Assembly: GCA_002269645.1 (NCBI GenBank)
Contig: NIVC01000010.1
Location: 310,001-374,000, forward strand
Origin: Macrostomum lignano
Lineage: Eukaryota
Direction of reading: 5' to 3'
DNA: 64,000 bases
Every line of letters starts with the position of its first letter. The stretch's first letter is position 1. The notes below the pieces were generated by a model. It worked only from the letters and a program-made list of their open reading frames with translations. It was not told the DNA's origin and ran no database searches. Shown here piece by piece: positions 1-12,774 of the stretch. Both the position numbers and the translations under genes were made by a program.

Positions 1-30
1 TTCGGTGTAGGTTTAGGGGCGATTATTTTG

Positions 31-1274
31 TTTGGAGTGGGTTAAGGGGCCATTCTTTACAGTTTGGAGTGGGTTAAGGGGCCATTCTTTACAGTTTGGA
101 GTGGGTTAAGGGGCCATTCTTTACAGTTTGGAGTGGGTTAAGGGGCCATTCTTTACAGTTTGGAGTGGGTTAAGGGGCCATTCTTTACAGTTTGGAGTGT
201 GTTAAGGGGCCATTCTTTACAGTTTGGAGTGTGTTAAGGGGCCATTCTTTACAGTTTGGAGTGTGTTAAGGGGCCATTCTTTACAGTTTAGAGTGTGTTA
301 AGGGGCCATTCTTTACAGTTTGGAGTGGGTTAAGGGGCCATTCTCTACAGTTTGGGTGGGTTAAGGGGCGATTCTTTACAGTTTGGAGTGGGTTAAGGGG
401 CCATTCTTTACAGTTTGGGGTGGGTTAAGGGGCCATTCTCTACAGTTTGGAGGGGGTTAAGGGGCCATTCTCTACAGTTTGGAGTGGGTTAAGGGGCGAT
501 TCTTTACAGTTTGGAGTGTGTTAAGGGGCCATTCTTTACAGTTTAGAGTGTGTTAAGGGGCCATTCTTTACAGTTTGGAGTGGGTTAAGGGGCCATTCTC
601 TACAGTTTGGAGTGGGTTAAGGGGCCATTCTTTACAGTTTGGGGTGGGTTAAGGGGCCATTCTCTACAGTTTGGAGTGGGTTAAGGGGCCATTCTTTACA
701 GTTTGGAGTGGGTTAAGGGGCCATTCTCTACAGTTTGGAGTGGGTTAAGGGGCGATTCTTTACAGTTTGGAGTGGGTTAAGGGGCCATTCTCTACAGTTT
801 GGGGTGGGTTAAGGGGCCATTCTTTACAGTTTGGAGTGGGTTAAGGGGCCATTCTTTACAGTTTGGAGTGGGTTAAGGGGCCATTCTTTACAGTTTGGAG
901 TGGGTTAAGGGGCCATTCTTTACAGTTTGGAGTGGGTTAAGGGGCCATTCTTTACAGTTTGGAGTGGGTTAAGGGGCCATTCTTTACAGTTTGGAGTGGG
1001 TTAAGGGGCCATTCTTTACAGTTTGGAGTGGGTTAAGGGGCGATTCTCTACAGTTTGGGTGGGTTAAGGGGCGATTCTTTACAGTTTGGAGTGGGTTAAG
1101 GGGCCATTCTTTACAGTTTGGGGTGGGTTAAGGGGCCATTCTCTACAGTTTGGAGGGGGTTAAGGGGCCATTCTCTACAGTTTGGAGTGGGTTAAGGGGC
1201 GATTCTTTACAGTTTGGAGTGGGTTAAGGGGTCATTCTTTACAGTTTGGAGTGGGTTAAGGGGTCATTCTTTAC
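31..1274. repeat. 32-bp minisatellite (TTTGGAGTGGGTTAAGGGGCCATTCTTTACAG)n, about 39 copies
   Basis: Unit read directly; head-to-tail copies with minor substitutions and no spacers. Confidence 0.95.
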
Positions 1275-2019
1275 ACTGACAGTAATTTAGAGTAATTTAC
1301 GGCAGGTTTGGAGCGTTAATTAGAGTGAGGCTGGCTTATCGACCGCTATTTTTGATGAGGGAGATTGATAGGCGATCCTGCAGACATTGCAAGCCTGCCT
1401 CTTGGCGTGCTTTCTTCCAGCCTGACCAGTTTATAACGTCGACCCGAATCTTCTGCTCTGGGAACATTCAGAACCAACATTTTGAGATTAGGCGCGCTTT
1501 CATTTAGTTGATTAATTGAAAATTCTCCCCTTAGACTTGTGCAGTGTCGCACGCGAAGGTGTATTCAGCACGCCAGTGAAGTATGAGACAGACCAGGCCT
1601 AAGGGCTACGGTCTGCGATGCTTCACGCCTGCCCCTATATTCAGCAGGTCAAGGCTGGAGAGGGAGGTCTGCACCCGCTATTTGCCACTGGCAGCCGCAG
1701 ACCCCCCCCCTCACGCTGTTTCACAAGTCGACCCAGGGTACTCGTCCCCGCGTGTGTTCAAGGCAGACCCTAGGGCTGCTGGACAGACTGGGCTCCGACG
1801 CTGGCGACCCATCCAGTGGCTTCGGCCGAATTTGGGTATGCGGGTCTGGCTTGCCAGCCTGCAGGCCGTGGTACTGCTTAACGTACCCCTAATGCCTAAG
1901 GTGTTTGACCGTGCCGATGGGCTGGAAGGCCGGGGGGTTGTCCGGTCGCTAGCGGTCCTTTTCTTTTTCTTCTTTCCTCTTTCTTTTGTGACTCAGCTCA
2001 CTCCTTCCCGCTTTCAGCT

Positions 2020-3484
2020 ATGGCGTCATCCGCCTCTTTAACCCCCGCTGAAGCCGGGGCCCCGGCAACTCCGGCCGGTGACTCTGGCACCAGCGCCGCC
2101 CCACCGGGGGCAGATGGGCTTGCCGCCGGCTCGGCTGGTGACATGCCCGCACGCGCAACCGGGCCCTCCGCTGAAGCCCGACGCACCCGCAACCAACGCC
2201 GCAACGAGCGGCGACGGCGACTACGGGGTACTGCGGGCCGGCCACCGGCGGAAGGGGAACCTAGGGAGGGCGAGGCTGCTGTTGGGCCGAAAGGAACCAC
2301 AGCAACCCCTGCCCCCAGGATACAACCCCCGCTGGTGAGCCACCCAGTATACCTGCTACAAGCGCGGCCGGGCCTTCGGGAACCGCCGCCACCAACTACG
2401 CCTCAAAGGTCAAGCTCCAACCGGCGGTCATCGTCTTCGGGAAGAGCAGGACCTCACGGCCGACGAGCTCGACAGTGCCTGGCGCACCATCGATGCTGCG
2501 CTCATCGACCAGCTCCTGGCGGGCCGCCCTGTGAGCGTGGTCAAGTCTGCCAAGACCGACGGCTGCATCTTCATCTGGTGCAGCTCGGAGGAGAGCAGCC
2601 GCAATCTACGCGAGCTTCTGCCAAAGCTGAACTGGCCCAAGAAGCTCGGCAAGCTCGTCTTCGCCAGCGAGGGCGAACGACAGAAGACCCAGCGCTTTCG
2701 CGTCTGGATCCCGGCCGGCAGTGCCATTAAGTCCGGAGATCAGCTTAGGCAAATATTGCTAAAGCTGCACCCCGACCTTAAGGTCAACGGGCTCCTACAC
2801 CACGCCACTTCCCGCAAGGAGAAGGGGGCTACGGTGATCCTAGGGCTCTCTGATGACTGGGCTAAGCGCTTGCCGCCTAAGTCCACAATTCATATTGGTC
2901 TGACTCAGCTGACCATCCTCCGTTGCGAGGAGCGGAAAGCTGATGAAGCCAAGAATGCCAAAGCTTCCGAAACCGGAACTGGGGCCCAGGCTCCTCCGGC
3001 AAAGAAGCCGAGGCAAACGGCCGATCCTATGCCCGGTAAGGCAGTTCGCGCTGCTGAAACCGGAAATCGCAATCGCAGACCCGCCAGGAGCACCCGGAGG
3101 TCCGGCCTGATCCAGCGCGCGCTGGACCAGGCCAAGAACCTTCGTGCGCATCGTGAGCGGGCCCGCGCTTCTCGCGCTCCACCCCAACAGCCAGAAGGCC
3201 AGACTCTAAGCGGGGAGGCTCCGACCGACTGGTTCGAGTCTGTGACTCACCAGGAGGCTGGCGCCACCCGCATCGACCTGACCGACGAGGCAGAGGGGAC
3301 GGGCAGTGACAGCACCGAAGCACGCAGGAGAGGCGACGGTAACGTCCACGCTGGGCTCACGTCCGCGGAGGACTCCACAGCCACCCTAACTGCTGAGGAC
3401 GCTGAAACTCCCATGGAGGTCTGCGGGTCACCCACCACTGAAAAGGAGGAGGATGACCTGCTCAACGATTCCCCAACTGCGTGA
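2020..3484 (+). CDS. LINE ORF1 (DUF4780-like nucleic-acid-binding protein), interrupted by two apparent 1-nt deletions
   Basis: The ATG 2020 frame shifts at about 2290-2330 to a frame reading ...GTAATNYASKVKLQPAVIVFG, then at G-run 2439-2441 to EEQDLTADELDSAWRTIDAALIDQLLAGRPVSVVK..., which continues as track ORF 2531-3484. The central part (FRVWIP...ILLKLHPDL...GATVILGL...IHIGLTQLTI) resembles ORF1 of LOA-clade elements; no CCHC knuckle seen. Confidence 0.65.
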
Positions 3485-3486
3485 TA

Positions 3487-6400
3487 ATGATCAGCAACCA
3501 GGGAATCCATTGCCTGCAGATTAATCTGCAGCACTGCGTCGCAGCCTCGGTCAACCTTATGCGTTACGCCGAGCTCGACAAGCCGGGGCTCATCCTCGTC
3601 CAGGAACCCTGGACTCTCAGAGGTAAGCCTCAAAACGCCCCTGCTGGCTACAATTGTTTTTATACTTACCCTCGCGAGGCCAACCAGCCTCCCAGAGCTT
3701 GCATCTTTGCGAGCAAAACGCTCAGTGCGTGGCTCAGATCGGACCTGTCCAACAGGGACATCTGCGTCATCCAATCCGAGGACCTTCTTCCTGGGAAGAC
3801 CACCCTCATTGCCTCGGTTTACCTACCAGGCGATGCTGCGGTCGTCCCCAGAGCCCTCGCTACGCTGGTAGAGCTCTGCTCTGCCAAAAACTACGAGCTC
3901 ATGGTTGCCGGCGACATCAACGCCCACCACACTCACTGGGGCAGCACTGGCATTAATCAGAGAGGCGAAGACCTCCTAGCCTACGTTGCCTCTACGACCC
4001 TCGAGTTCTGCAACTCTGGGTCCACCCCTACCTTTGACAACGGACGGTGGTCGGAGGTGATCGACGCTACGCTCGCAACGCCCAGACTCTACCAGAGTAT
4101 TGGGGCGTGGCGGGTGCTTCCAGTGTCCTCACTATCGGATCACAAGTTCATCTCCTTCAACCTAATGGCCGCGCGTAGCGCAACTCGTGTTATGTGGAGA
4201 CGGAACGCCAGAAATACGGATTGGGAAACCTTCGGGCTCGCCCTGAAGGAATTCCATCGGTCTCCTGGCCAACCATCCACGATCACGTCGTGCCGAGAGG
4301 CGGATGAGTGCGCGACTGTTTTGACAGAGACGCTAACCGCCGCCTTTGAGGCGTCCTGCCCTTTAAAAGCCTATAAAGGGAAAAAATCGGCGCCGTGGTG
4401 GAATCCCGAGCTCGGCAACCTCCGTCGCAGGGCTAAGAGACTCCACCGCAGAGCAACTAAAACTAAGAGCCCTGCAGACCAAACCGCCTATCATGAAGCA
4501 ATTCATGAGTTTAAAAGGCAGGTTAGGAATGCAAAGGCTCAAAAATGGCGACAATACTGTGAGGAGCTAGAGGGCTCACGCCCCACCTCCAGAGTTGTGA
4601 AAGCGCTCACGCTGGACAAAATGTCTAAGCTCTCCTCGGTCAAACGCACCGACGGTACGTCCACGGACAACCCAGGGGAAACGCTTGATGTAATGCTCAC
4701 TGCGTTTTTCCCTAACGAGCCAGCTAACCAGACCACTCCGGATCACTCGGAGGGAGGTCACGCGCTGGCTGCATCTATCATCACGGAGGACCGCATTGTG
4801 AGAGCGGCAAATTCCTTCAAGCCTTTCAAAGCCCCAGGACCCGACGGCATTGTACCGGCCCTTCTAAGAGAGGCGGTTAAATGCCCAGGCTTCCTGCGCA
4901 AACTTTGCAGCCTTCTTCGGGCATGCATCACGCTTGGTTATGTCCCGCAGGCATGGACCGAGGCAAAGGTGATCTTTATCCCTAAGCCAGGCCGCCCGGA
5001 CTACCATTCTATCAAATCCTTCAGACCGATCAGCTTGACCTCCTCCCTGGTCAAGCTGATGGAGAGACTGGTGCTTTGGCGCCTTCTCTCTGTTGAGCTG
5101 AAGAACAAACCTCTCAGCGAGAACCAGCACGCTTTTCGGGCGGGTCGCTCCACTGAAAGCGCGCTGCACGTCCTGGTCGATAAACTCGAGAAGGCCGTGC
5201 TTGGTAGTGGCTTTGCTCTGGGGATCTTCCTGGACATCATTGGCGCCTTCGATAACGTCCTCTTTGAGGCGTTCCGAAGAGCTCTTTGTGAGAGGCTAAC
5301 GCACTCACATCTCACCAGATGGATCATGTACATGATCAGCCATCGCACGGCCACCGCCAGTCTGCTGGGCTACCAGAGGACGGTCCCCGTCTGCAAAGGT
5401 AGCCCGCAAGGTGGGGTGCTGTCTCCAGTTCTCTGGAATATGGTCATCGATGAGCTCCTCCGGGATGTTCGGCCTGACCCCATTCTGAAAGTTGGATATG
5501 CGGACGATGTCACCGCGGTGGCATCTGGTCCGTCCCCTGATACCCTCAGGGACCTTCTTCAGAACTTCATCTACGCTGCTGAGCAATGGGCGGACCGCTG
5601 TGGTTTAAGGCTCTCTGAGACTAAGACCGCAGCGATCATGTTCACCAGCAGGACCAAGTGGCAGATTCGGCCGCTCACGCTTTACGGAAGGGAAATCCCC
5701 TTCTGCAAGCAGACTAAATGTCTGGGTATTACCCTGGACCACAGGCTGAACTGGTCTCCCCACGTTCAAACAAAAGCCAAAAAGGCCTTCGCAGTCCTCG
5801 CGCAATTGCGCAGGGCCGTCGGCACCACCTGGGGGCTCACCCCAAGCGCCTCTGGTGGATCTACACTGCAATGGTTAGGCCCGCTATCTCGTATGGCGGC
5901 CTGATCTGGGCTAGCGCCCTGCAGATAAAGACCTGTCTAGAGGCTCTCAGGAGAGCGCAAGGGCGCGCTTGTCGCACGATCATGAGCGCCCCTCCGTCTG
6001 CTCCTTACGATGGCCTCAACGCCTTCCTCAACATTCCTCCGCTGGACATCTTTGTCCGCAGGGAAGCGGCTAAGACTGCCCGCCGTCTAGCTGACGCTGG
6101 CATTCGAATCCAGCCCCATAGGGCCATGGCTAAGCGCAAGCTTCTGCCCCACGCTGACCTCTGCCTCAAGGACTTGAGAGACAGCGGCGGGCTCCACGTC
6201 CTATCTGACGGCGAACCCCGCACTCTCAACCTCTTTCAGCGCTACAAGGTCACCATCCCCTCTAGGGATGCTGCCAATGACCACTGGAATTTCCAGGAGG
6301 TCCATTGCTACACGGACGGATCCATCAAAGACGGTCGCGCCGGCTTTGGGGTCTGCATCATCATCAACGGCCGCGTAATTGCCACGCATGCCCAGCACAC

Positions 6401-7190
6401 TGGTAGACTCTCCACAGTCTTCCAGAACGAAGTCCTTGCCATCAGCTCTTGCGCTGCAGAGCTAAACGCCAAGGTTACGAGAGGAAAGACTATTGTCATC
6501 CACTCCGACAGCCAAGCGGCCTTACAGGCCCTTTGCCACACCACAACGAACTCCCGGACAGTCGCCGACTGCGCCCGGCAGCTCAACCTCCTGGCCAGAA
6601 GCAATACTGTCAGGCTGAAGTGGATCCCAGGGCACGCAGGGTTTCCGGGGAACGAGCTGGCAGACACCCTCGCCAAGAGGGGCGGCTCTGGCTCTTTTTT
6701 CGGCCCTGCCCCCCTGGTCCCTATGCCCTTGACAGTCATCAATCGTCAGATCGACGACTGGGCTGACTCCCTCCACAGGGACAGATGGGCGGGCACCCAA
6801 AACTGCCGGCAATCTCGTGCCGCGGTTCCTTGCCCGTCTCACAGGCTCAGAAACATCCTTCTGAACCAGAATCGGAAGGATATTCGAGCCCTTGTCATGA
6901 CCCTTACCGGCCATGGCTACCTCGCCAGGCACTGCTTCCTCCGAGGCGACCTCGAGAGCGAAATTTGCCCCTTTTGCGAGTGCGACAATGAAGATGCTCA
7001 GCACTTTGTCTGTCACTGCCCTTTCTTTAACAGAGACCGGCTACGCTACCTCGGGCCGAACCCGTCCATTGACGAGGTTTGCCAGCCCGACAGCATCCCA
7101 CGGCTCATCCAGTTCCTTCGGGCGACTAGACGAGCCAGTTTCTTCCCAACGGAAGATCACGCTGCAGGACGGACCGGCGGACCACCCTGA
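3487..7190 (+). CDS. LINE ORF2: AP endonuclease, reverse transcriptase, RNase H and C-terminal CCHC finger; one frameshift at about 5841
   Basis: APE motifs LVQEPW, GDINAHH, SDH; RT motifs GSPQGGVLSPVLWN, YADD; RNase H motifs YTDGS, NE, HSDSQAAL, WIPGHAGFPGNELAD; CPFC-x8-H-x4-C finger. Adding one C to the C-run at 5840-5843 joins track ORFs 3481-5904 and 5718-7190 (WGLTPKRLWWIYTAMVRP). Confidence 0.92.
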
Positions 7191-7680
7191 CCGGCCCCAC
7201 GCCTCTGCCTGTCTGCGGGCCTTCAGGGGCTAGCGGAATGGGCGACCCTCGCCTCCCCGCTGTGTCTACGGACCACCCTGCAGCTAAGTCAAAGTAAGTG
7301 TGCAGTGTCAGTAAAAGAGAAATGAAAAGTTTGCACAGCTTTGGAGAGCTTTTAGCGCTGTCAGTTTTGATGCGTTCATTTTTCAAAGTTTCCCATGCAG
7401 CGAATAGAGAGAGAGAGAGAGTTTTGCGCCGGCGCGAATGTGGAAAAAGTTTCGACTTCGTATACTGCCGGGCCTTTTCATTTATTTAGAGCCCTATAGT
7501 GCAGCCAGAATTTCCGGAATAGAAATTTCTATGATTATTTTATGGTTCATTACTCGGATAGATTCAACCCAATGGATGAATGACTTTTGGTGAAAATCTA
7601 GCAAAAGTATTCGACTTTAAATTCAAAGTACATTTAGTGGCGCCTCAGGATTAGTTATAGCCTTATAGGATTAGGGTAAA

Positions 7681-8064
7681 TTGATGCCTGCCCTGAAGAG
7701 TTGCTGAATAGATTGATGCCTGCCCTGAAGAGTTGCTGAATAGATTGATGCTTTACCTGAAGAGTTGCTGAATAGATTGATGCTTTACCTGAAGAGTTGC
7801 TGAATAGATTGATGCTTTACCTGAAGAGTTGCTGAATAGATTGATGCTTTACCTGAAGAGTTGCTGAATAGATTGATGCTTTACCTGAAGAGTTGCTGAA
7901 TAGATTGATGCTTTACCTGAAGAGTTGCTGAATAGATTGATGCTTTACCTGAAGAGTTGCTGAATAGATTGATGCTTTACCTGAAGAGTTGCTGAATAGA
8001 TTGATGCTTTACCTGAAGAGTTGCTGAATAGATTGATGCTTTACCTGAAGAGTTGCTGAATAGA
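7681..8064. repeat. 32-bp minisatellite (TTGATGCTTTACCTGAAGAGTTGCTGAATAGA)n, about 12 copies
   Basis: Near-identical tandem units read directly. Confidence 0.93.
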
Positions 8065-8355
8065 TCGATGATAACTCTGAAAAATTACTTTGAAGAAAAT
8101 GCATTGGTGCAAATGAATTGAAGGCACTCTTGCCCTACTCACTGCTCAATTTTAACAATTGAACAGATTGTTTATGAAGCATCGCCATGATTGCGTGAAG
8201 TTCCGTGCTCAGCTCATGGTCCCGGCTGGGCTAGAATCTTTAGTCAGGCCAGCCAGCCAATCAGAAACTGGCTAGCACCATTGGCTGCAAAACTCTTCAT
8301 AACGAAAGGCACGAGTCAGATGTATTGAGTTTTAACTGTCTGGAGTTGCTGAAAA

Positions 8356-11300
8356 ATGCCGTCAACTGGCCCCGCCGTTCTGTCGCCGTCATCGTCTCAA
8401 ACGCCTCGCCAGATGTCTAGTCGTCGTGGTCGTCGGCAGCGTCGGCAGCTGGCATCGAAGGACGTCCGCCTGATCCGACGGCTGCACAGCTTGGCTGGTC
8501 GGGCATCGTTGCACGGCCTGCACCGCCTGTGCTCCCAGGACGGCTGGTGTCCCGGACAGCTGGCCTGGTCCGCGGTGCTCCTCCTGGCCACCGCTGGCCT
8601 CTGCCTGCATATCTGGAGCGAGGCGGTTGAGTACACGCTCTATCCCGTGTCCAGCAGCTCCAAGTTGGCTTTGAACAGCTTTGAATTTCCCGACGTGACA
8701 ATCTGCAATCCGGAGAACCCGATGAAAACCCGCCGTCTAGATCTGGAGCCGCTTGGCAACGCCAACGACAAACTGCAGAGCAATAGCGGCATCTGGGACG
8801 ATCTGGATGTCAGGCCAATCTATCGATACGAGCACTATACTCAAATTAGTCAACACGGCACTTTCCCGGCCGATGTGGTGGTCTATTGCCGCTACAATCA
8901 GCAGCCTTGCTCGCACGAGAATTTCACCGTTGTGTTCGATAGGTCCTATGGCAACTGTTACACCTTCGTGCCTAGTGAGTGTTCAGTGTCTCACCTGTCA
9001 TTCCAGAGTCTCACCTGTCATTCCAGTATCTCACCTGTCATTCCAGTATCTCACCTGTCATTTCAGTGTCTCACCTGTCATTCCAGAGTTTCAACTGTCA
9101 TTTCAGTATCTCACCTGTCATTTCAGTGTCTCACCTGTCATTCCAGAGTTTCACCTGTCATTTCAGTATCTCACCTGTCATTTCAGTATCTCACCTGTCA
9201 TTTCAGTATCTCACCTGTCATTTCAGTGTCTCACCTGTCATTCCAGTGTCTCACCTGTTATTTCAGTGTCTCACCTTGAACTCTAGTGTCTCACCTGTCA
9301 TTCCAGTGTCCTATCTGTCGTTCCTGTGTCTCACCTGTCATTCCAGTGTCTCACCTGTCATTCCAGTGTCTCACCTTGAACTCTAGTGTCTCACCGGTCA
9401 TTCCAGCGTCTCAACTTGAACTCCAGTGTCTCACCTGTCATTCCAGTGTCTCAACTTGAACTCCAGTGTCTCACCTGTCATTCCAGTGTCTCACCTTGAA
9501 CTCCAGTGTCTCCACCTGTCATTCCAGTGTCTCACCTTGAACTATAGTGTCTCACTGGTCATTCCAGTGTCTCACCGGTCATTCCACTGCCTCACCTGTC
9601 ATTCCAGAGTCTCACCTATCATTCCAGTGTCTTACCTTGAACTCTAGTGTCTCACCGGTCATTCCAGTGTCTCACCGGTCATTCCAGCGTCTCACCTGTC
9701 ATTCCACTGCCCCATCTGTCATTCCAGTGTCTCAACTTGAACTCCAGTGTCTCACCTGTTATTCCAGTGTCTCACCTTGAACTCTAGTGTCTCACCTGTC
9801 ATTCCAGTGTCTCACCTGTCATTCCAGCGTCTCACCTGTCATTCCAGCGTCTCACCTGTCATTCCAGTGCCTCACCTGTCATTCCAGTGTCTCACCTTGA
9901 ACTCTAGTGTCTCACCGGTCATTCCAGCGTCTCACCTGTCATTCCACTGCCTCACCTGTCATTCCAGTGTCTCACCTTGAACTCCAGTGTCTCACCTGTC
10001 ATTCCAGTGTCTCACCTGTCATTCCAGCGTCTCACCTGTCATTCCACTGCCTCACCTGTCATTCCAGTGTCTCACCTTGAACTCCAGTGTCTCACCTGTC
10101 ATTCCAGTGTCTCACCTGTCATTCCAGCGTCTCACCTGTCATTCCACTGCCTCACCTGTCATTCCAGTGTCTCACCTTGAACTCTAGTGTCTCACCTTGA
10201 ACTCCATTGTCTCGCTGACTTAGGTGAAATCGTGTCATAACCAGAGCTGACGGCAATTCTGCTCATTCCGCTGACTCCTGAGGCACGCACTCATGCAATC
10301 GCTCACACAGGGTGTAACAGCGGGCCTGACTTTCTAATCATCAGGCGTGTACACTCTGTGCGCCTTGGGGGTTGGCCCTCATGGCTTGAATCGTACGACA
10401 AATTTTCGTGGCCCAACTCGCCTCCCCAACCCACCCGCTGCTCAGATGAGCGTCAGGTCAGCCGGCCAGACACCGTCAGCGGGCTGATCCTGATCCTGTA
10501 CGACCCGGCAGCTGACGGCGTGCTCGAGATGTCGCATCGAGTCGGCAAGATGGGCTACAAAACCCGGCCTAGGGAGATGGCATTCGACACCGAGGGCTAC
10601 CTGGTGACGCTGCACGCGAAGGGCACCCGGCCGCACCCACTGGAGAACTCGCACACGGTCAGCCTGGGTTACGTGGCCACCGTGGCGCTCGAGCAGCAGA
10701 ACACCCGGCTGGCCAACACGCCCAGCAACCCGTGCCGCACCCGGGAGAGCCGCCTGACATTCGACTCCGAGCTCGGCAGGACCGTCAACTACACAGATAC
10801 GCTGAACGACTGCGCGCAGAGGCAGGCGGCTCAGGCACTGTTAATGCGATGCGGTTGCGTACCCGAAGGTCCCGTCTGGCTGGAGGACTATCCGCCAAAT
10901 TTGTCCCATCCGGACTCAATCGCAAATCGAGTGCCCTATTGTCACCTGTTGGTGCGCAATTCCGACTTCAATAAGCCGGGCATGAATTCCAGCTTGGAGT
11001 TGGAGAAATTGAATCAGATTATCCAGCCAACAATACCGTCTAATAGGCATAAGGTAAATTAGTTCGTAACTATAATTAACCAATCAGAGAATGTTGTGGA
11101 GTAGGAAGCCACCGGGTTAGAGTTGAAGAGGAAAAACTTGCCAACCAATCAGCGAAGAGCATGTACTGACAGTGGGGTTAGAAAAACACCGGGTTAATGT
11201 TAAAGAAGAGAATCTCGCCAGCCAATCAGCGAAGAGTATGTACTGACAGGGGGTTAGAAAAACAGTGGGTCAGAGTTGAAGGGAATAATCTCGCCAACCA

Positions 11301-12590
11301 ATCAGCGAAGAGTATGTACTGACATTGGGGTTAGAAAAACACCGGGTTAAAGTTAAAGAAGACAATCTCGCAAGCCAATCAGCGAAGAGCATGTACTGAC
11401 AGTGGGGTTAGAAAAACAGCGGGTCAGAGTTGAAGCGGAAAATCTCACCAGCCAATCAGCGAAGAGCAGTGAAGTTAGGATATTACAGGAAAAGAAAAAC
11501 TCTTAAAACCAATCAATGAAAGGTAGAATTTTTCCGTTTTGCAACTGTTCCTCCCACTGCAGATCTCCCTGCAGAATCTGAGCGCTGAATTCCCGGAGAT
11601 CTACAGCCGCTACGAGGCGTTCCGCTGCTACCACCGGGAGAAGAAGCGCCGCCATCCAACCGAGCCGGACGAAGTGGCGGCCGCCAAGATCGCCTGTCCG
11701 GACGTGTGCGAGTCCGAGGTTTACACGGCCGCCATCACCTCTGGGCTGTGGCCTCACCTAGCCGTGCCTGGTAGCGATGACAGCTTCAAACAGATGATAG
11801 AGGTGAGCTGTCGGCCGTGAAGTAATGCAGTTTCTGGTGGGCCTTCAAGTGGCTCATTTATCATCCAACCAACCTGATCCCAGAGCCCCAAACTATCTGT
11901 CAACCCCACCGCTCCTCCCAGGTGTCTCGTCTCCTGAGCGACTACCTCGGTCCTGACGCCGCGCAGGACCCTGCCAGCCTGCTCGCCAGCAGCCTGAGGC
12001 TGCGCAATCTGTCACTGGACTTCTGCCACCGGAACCTCACCCAGTGGAAGCTGGACCATCCGCCTCATCGACAGAGCGTCGAAATTCGTCAGGCCTTGAA
12101 GCGCTGCGCCAGACTCCACGAGTTCGTCCGTCGCCACTTCCTCCTGCTGAAGGTGTACCCGCGCTCCCTCACAGTCCGCCTGCTGCAGGTGGAGCGCAGC
12201 TTCCTGCCGCCTCAGCTGCTGTCCCGCATCGGCGGCTCGCTTGGCCTGTGGCTCGGCACTTCCTTGATCAGCCTGTTCGAGTGCGGCGAGATCGGCGCCA
12301 CCCTCCTGGCCTACGCGGTGTTCCGCTGCCTGAACGGCGTCACTAAACTGATCCGCGGGAGCGCCGCCTCCGCCCCTGCGTCCGCCCCCGCGTCCGCCCC
12401 CTCGTCCGCTCTAGTTAAGAAGCTGAATTGCGAAGGAAATTCCGCCCCAGCCGCCGCACGTCATGTTGACAACGATGAAAGAGTCGACGATAGCAACGAA
12501 GACTCCGAAGAGAACAATAGTCAAGACGAAGTCAGAGGTTTGAGGTTCGAATCCGATATTGAAAGTTTCGGGCCGGAAACGCACGTTTAA
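8356..12590 (+). CDS. DEG/ENaC (degenerin/ASIC superfamily) ion channel subunit, 4 exons, about 711 aa
   Basis: Exons 8356-8974, 10446-11053, 11563-11802, 11922-12590; GT-AG introns, phases 1/0/0, total 2136 nt. Motifs: pre-TM1 SLHG, TM1, FPDVTICN, YGNCYTF, GLILIL, Cys-rich thumb (CGC...CPDVC) and TM2 IGGSLGLWLGTS. An alternative in-phase acceptor at 10311 would add 45 aa. Confidence 0.9.
8984..10215. repeat. ~20-bp minisatellite (TCTCACCTGTCATTCCAGTG)n filling DEG/ENaC intron 1
   Basis: Degenerate tandem units with CTTGAACTC variants, between donor 8975 and the acceptor region. Confidence 0.92.
11085..11470. repeat. ~77-bp tandem repeat, about 5 copies, in DEG/ENaC intron 2
   Basis: CCAATCAGCGAAGAG recurs at 11145, 11222, 11298, 11375 and 11452. 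Confidence 0.85.
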
Positions 12591-12774
12591 ACGATATTAA
12601 CAAAGCAAGCAATTGAAATAACAGCATGTTTTTCTTTTGAGCTGTGCTTTGCTTTAAGATTATCTTGTTTTGATTATAATTTTTTTCTCTTTCAAACAAA
12701 AAAGTTCTACTGGAATACTTTTGTAGGTGAAGTGTACTTTGAAAATTTCTGGTGAAACTATATTGTGCTGCCCA

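Larger units (their letters stand above)
1549..7298 (+). mobile_element. Full-length non-LTR retrotransposon (LINE), LOA/Lian-like, with APE-RT-RNase H-CCHC ORF2
   Basis: Flanked by an exact 11-bp direct repeat TGTGCAGTGTC (1538-1548 and 7299-7309), read as the TSD. Contains a ~470-bp 5' UTR, ORF1, ORF2 and a short 3' UTR ending in CTAAGTCAAAGTAAG. Clade call is from domain content and motif resemblance, not a tree. Confidence 0.93.

Noticed and set aside
31-1274. Telomere-like GGGTTA words in the first array
   Set aside because: It is a 32-bp unit with a single GGGTTA, not a (TTAGGG)n tract; no evidence of a chromosome end.
8975-9279. Extension of ORF 8356-9279 beyond YTFVP as coding sequence
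   Set aside because: It follows a canonical GTGAGT donor and is translated minisatellite; the channel motifs resume in exon 2.
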